A DNA stretch of 55,238 nt, counting the filler, from Sphacelaria rigidula (lineage: Eukaryota), in assembly GCA_964200075.2 (NCBI GenBank). It is 4 parts of 4 records of this genome, joined end to end, with 100 filler letters (N's around TTAATTAATTAA, not from the genome) between each part and the next. Parts side by side here need not be neighbours in the genome. Positions count along the whole stretch, not along the records: positions 41,507 to 55,238 come from CAXNAA020002699.1; 3 more parts are not named here. The stretch is one strand, 5' to 3'. Position numbers and translations under genes: made by a program. Shown piece after piece: positions 52,398 through 55,238 of this stretch. The notes beneath the pieces are model-generated. The model had not been told where the DNA came from. It saw only the letters and a list, made by a program, of their open reading frames with translations, and did no database searches. Every line of letters starts with the position of its first letter. Positions within the stretch are counted from its first letter, which is position 1.

Positions 52398-53159
52398 GTG
52401 ACATCTATCAACCAACCTTCCACCAGCACAATGCAAGAGCCACGGCATCTAACAAGCAGGCCGAGCTCTGGAAACGCGGCGACTCGAAATAGCGCTTAAA
52501 AAACATTTACCTACCCTGGGAATGCAGTACCTTGTCATTCCCTACCATTTAGCAAGCGAAAGAAGGAGATGTATGGGACGGTCTTACCGCATCCCAGCTC
52601 ACAAGTTGAGAAGAGTTGGAAACTACAGGCAGTTCAATACTCCACACTTCAGAACGCATGCAATGATGGAGAAAAGTGCCAACCGTCTGGTGAAAAGCAT
52701 CGGCGAGAAGCGGATTTGCTAGTCAGTACAGTACCTCCTCCGGTGGGGCACCAAAACAGCTCTCAGTTGTGACGTGAAAGTACATACTAGGAGCAAAAGC
52801 TGAAAAAAAGCACGATGAGAGTTGGTTCCTAAGCAGCCTTTAGAGCAGCCGTGGAAAAACCAATACACCGCACCAAGGTCTATCATCGTCGAAAATGAAG
52901 CTCAACGTGTTGAGGCTCTCACCATGCAACATTCTGCGCCGTACTCCAATGAATCGGTAACGTTACAGTCCGCGCTGACACATGTTCAGCCGCCAGCAAG
53001 AGAAAACAAAAATGTTAAAAATAGGGGCTGTTGATTCCAAGTCGAAACGCCAGTCTTTCTCTTCAAACCCGATCCTGGACAATCACTATTATGACTCATA
53101 CAACGCATCATCACTACTGCAGGTATACAGATACGCTCTCAGCGTTATTCTGTACATCA

Positions 53160-55215
53160 GCACGCGCTAGAGTCGCAGTCAGAGCGAACGGTACCTTGCT
53201 GAAAAAAATCACAATCGGTTCTGCAGCAGATGTACCATGCATCAGCAAAAAAGTTCATAGATGAGAACCCTGCCATAATGGCAGCTGATACAAAACCAGT
53301 ACCGCCAGGACTCATGGATCTCAGAAGCCCGGACGGTTCCCCCATAAAACTCCTAGGGTTCCCCCATGAAACGGCAGTATCAGTTGAAACGGAAAATGCC
53401 CCGTCAACAACAACAGCAGCTGTTGTGGGGCCACGCATAATAAGCGAGGAAGACACTCGATCGCCTGATGTACCTCAGGCATGCACGCACATCATTGTTG
53501 CAAAGACAGTATGCACGTGGTCGGCACCGAGTAAGACGGCAATGGTACAAATCACTAACCCGTCTAGCCGACATGTAAAGCTGAAACGCAATACGATTTT
53601 AGGCTATATCACCTCAATACAAGAGACGAAAAACCGGAGAAACTTCATGTTATTCCGGACACCCTCTCTCGACCGTTCGCGATTGAAAAGTGACAAAGAG
53701 CTAAAATCACGCTTTTGCTTGCACGAATATGTTGTGACGTACCAGAAGACCCTGCGCTGCAAATCGTTGAACCACAGCACCATATTCAATATATCAGCTG
53801 AGAAGCTCGACCGTTTGAAGCCGGTGCAAAGTGACCGAGAGCTGTCAGTCAACCGCGGAAAAATTGCAAAAAAAGCAAACACGGAAGTACGCACACTATG
53901 TCAGGGCTGCCAACGCCGAAAAACCGGTCCACAACCGACCACAATCTGCCAATGGGACACATTCCGGTAGGACGGCCATACGAAAGAGTGCCGGCAGACC
54001 TAGTCGAATACAAAACAACTTCGATGTCAAACGCTGGAGTACTGGGTAAATATGTACGGTCCGTATTCGACCACCTCAAAAGGTATGCTTTGCTCATTCC
54101 GGTGCCGAAAAAACAGACCACATCAACAGCCAAAACTCTTATCGACAGAGTCTTGATTGCATTCGGCATCCCGGGAAAGCTACGTTCGAATCAAAGAGCC
54201 GAAATTGGAAACAGACTAATATACGCACGGCAACAAGAGCTGGATTTCAATAAAACCCGCACGACACCGTTACGCCCGCAAGGTAATCAGCGTCGGAACG
54301 AATCCACTTCACTATGCACGCGATGATAGGTATGCATATGTCAGTTGGAAACAAAAAATTGGGCATCCATACTTCCGTTCATCCAAATAGCGTACAGCAC
54401 ATCCTATCACAATACAGTACAGGAGATATCGTATTCTTCATTGTTCGGAAGACAGCCCAGATCACCAATCGACATCATCCCCGTCATACCTGAGGAGAGC
54501 CAAGCCGCATTATTATTATTCTTAGTATTATATCCGTCACATTAGCTCGAACTCTCGAACCCGTGGTCACAGAGTGAAAGGCGCATACCACCCATACCCA
54601 TAACCCAAACAGCCCACAGAAGAAGGCAAGAAACAAAACATCTACACGAAAAAAGGGCACCTACATAGCCGCAACACCCGAAGAATTTTACAAAGAAACG
54701 CGGGAAAGCATACAATTTGGATTTTACATTGCGATACAAGCTCTACGGAAAAGGGATACCTCTACCAGAGAGAGACCAACCAGACGAAACGTTGCCTACA
54801 ATAGATCGTTACGCTGTCAAAAAGGTGGTAGCCCACGCTCCAGGACCAGGTCGGAGAAGTCTTCATAACTATGAATATTGGTTGAGACTCAAAAGCTACG
54901 GCCCAGCAGCTGACCTAACCTATCGAGCTGACAAAACACCACAAGGTAGACATCTCGTCGATATATACCGTCATGACGATGGGTTAGCAAAGCGCTCACA
55001 TCCGGAGTCGAAATCCAAAATACCGGGAAACGGAAATGGATGTGACTGTTTAACAGACTGTTCGAGTGTCCTAGCAAAACGCTCAAGGGTTGAGCAGTAG
55101 CCTGGGGTCACAATTCGGAGATCAATAGAGCCACCACAAAGAAAAACGACGTTAGAATAATGCAGACATGAGAGTCATCCTACGATAGGGGGATCATCCT
55201 ACGATAGGGGGGGGG
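53160..55215 (+). mobile_element. Degenerate Ty3/Gypsy chromovirus-like LTR retrotransposon (protease remnant, integrase, chromodomain, PPT)
   Basis: Protease-like TIGSAADVPCIS. Integrase: CQGCQRRK, RPYERVPADLVEY, FGIPGKLRSNQ, RTTPLRPQGN, WASILPFIQIAYS, LFGRQP. Chromodomain-like YAVKKVVAH...EYWLRLKSYGPAADLTY. Polypurine tract GATAGGGGGGGGG at ~55203-55215. A decayed gag probably extends upstream (~51-53 kb). Confidence 0.88.
54510..54666 (-). mobile_element. Short retroposon family E, copy 2, inserted in the Gypsy integrase
   Basis: Perfect 7-bp TSD AGCCGCA (54503-54509, 54667-54673) and a (TAA)n tail. Removing the insert restores the frame EESQAA-TPEEFYKETRE. Confidence 0.85.
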
Positions 55216-55238
55216 TATTTGGTTGCACGAAAAACGAG

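Overview
Eukaryotic, intron-rich and transposon-dense genomic DNA. Gene architecture and repeat content suggest a brown alga or related stramenopile (inference). Three N-gaps contain an artificial TTAATTAATTAA linker, so contiguity across ~13.7, ~27.6 and ~41.4 kb is not guaranteed. Spliced genes reconstructed by hand with phase-consistent GT-AG introns: (1) a 5'-incomplete thioredoxin/PDI-like protein (+); (2) a convergent, 5'-incomplete EF-hand + ankyrin protein (-); (3) a small putative membrane protein (-); (4) a complete 5-exon tRNA-His guanylyltransferase THG1 with a ~220-aa insertion (-); (5) one clear exon of an LCLAT1-type acyltransferase (-); (6) a multi-exon SHIPPO/PGP-repeat, probably flagellar, protein (+). 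Mobile DNA: a decayed RTE-like LINE, a decayed and internally deleted chromodomain Gypsy element, four copies of a tRNA-derived SINE, a second short retroposon family, and several MITE families (hAT-like, piggyBac-like, TA-flanked, and a fold-back with 4-bp TSD). The most unusual signal is a duplicated, covarying, possibly pseudoknotted RNA module in the LINE 5' leader.
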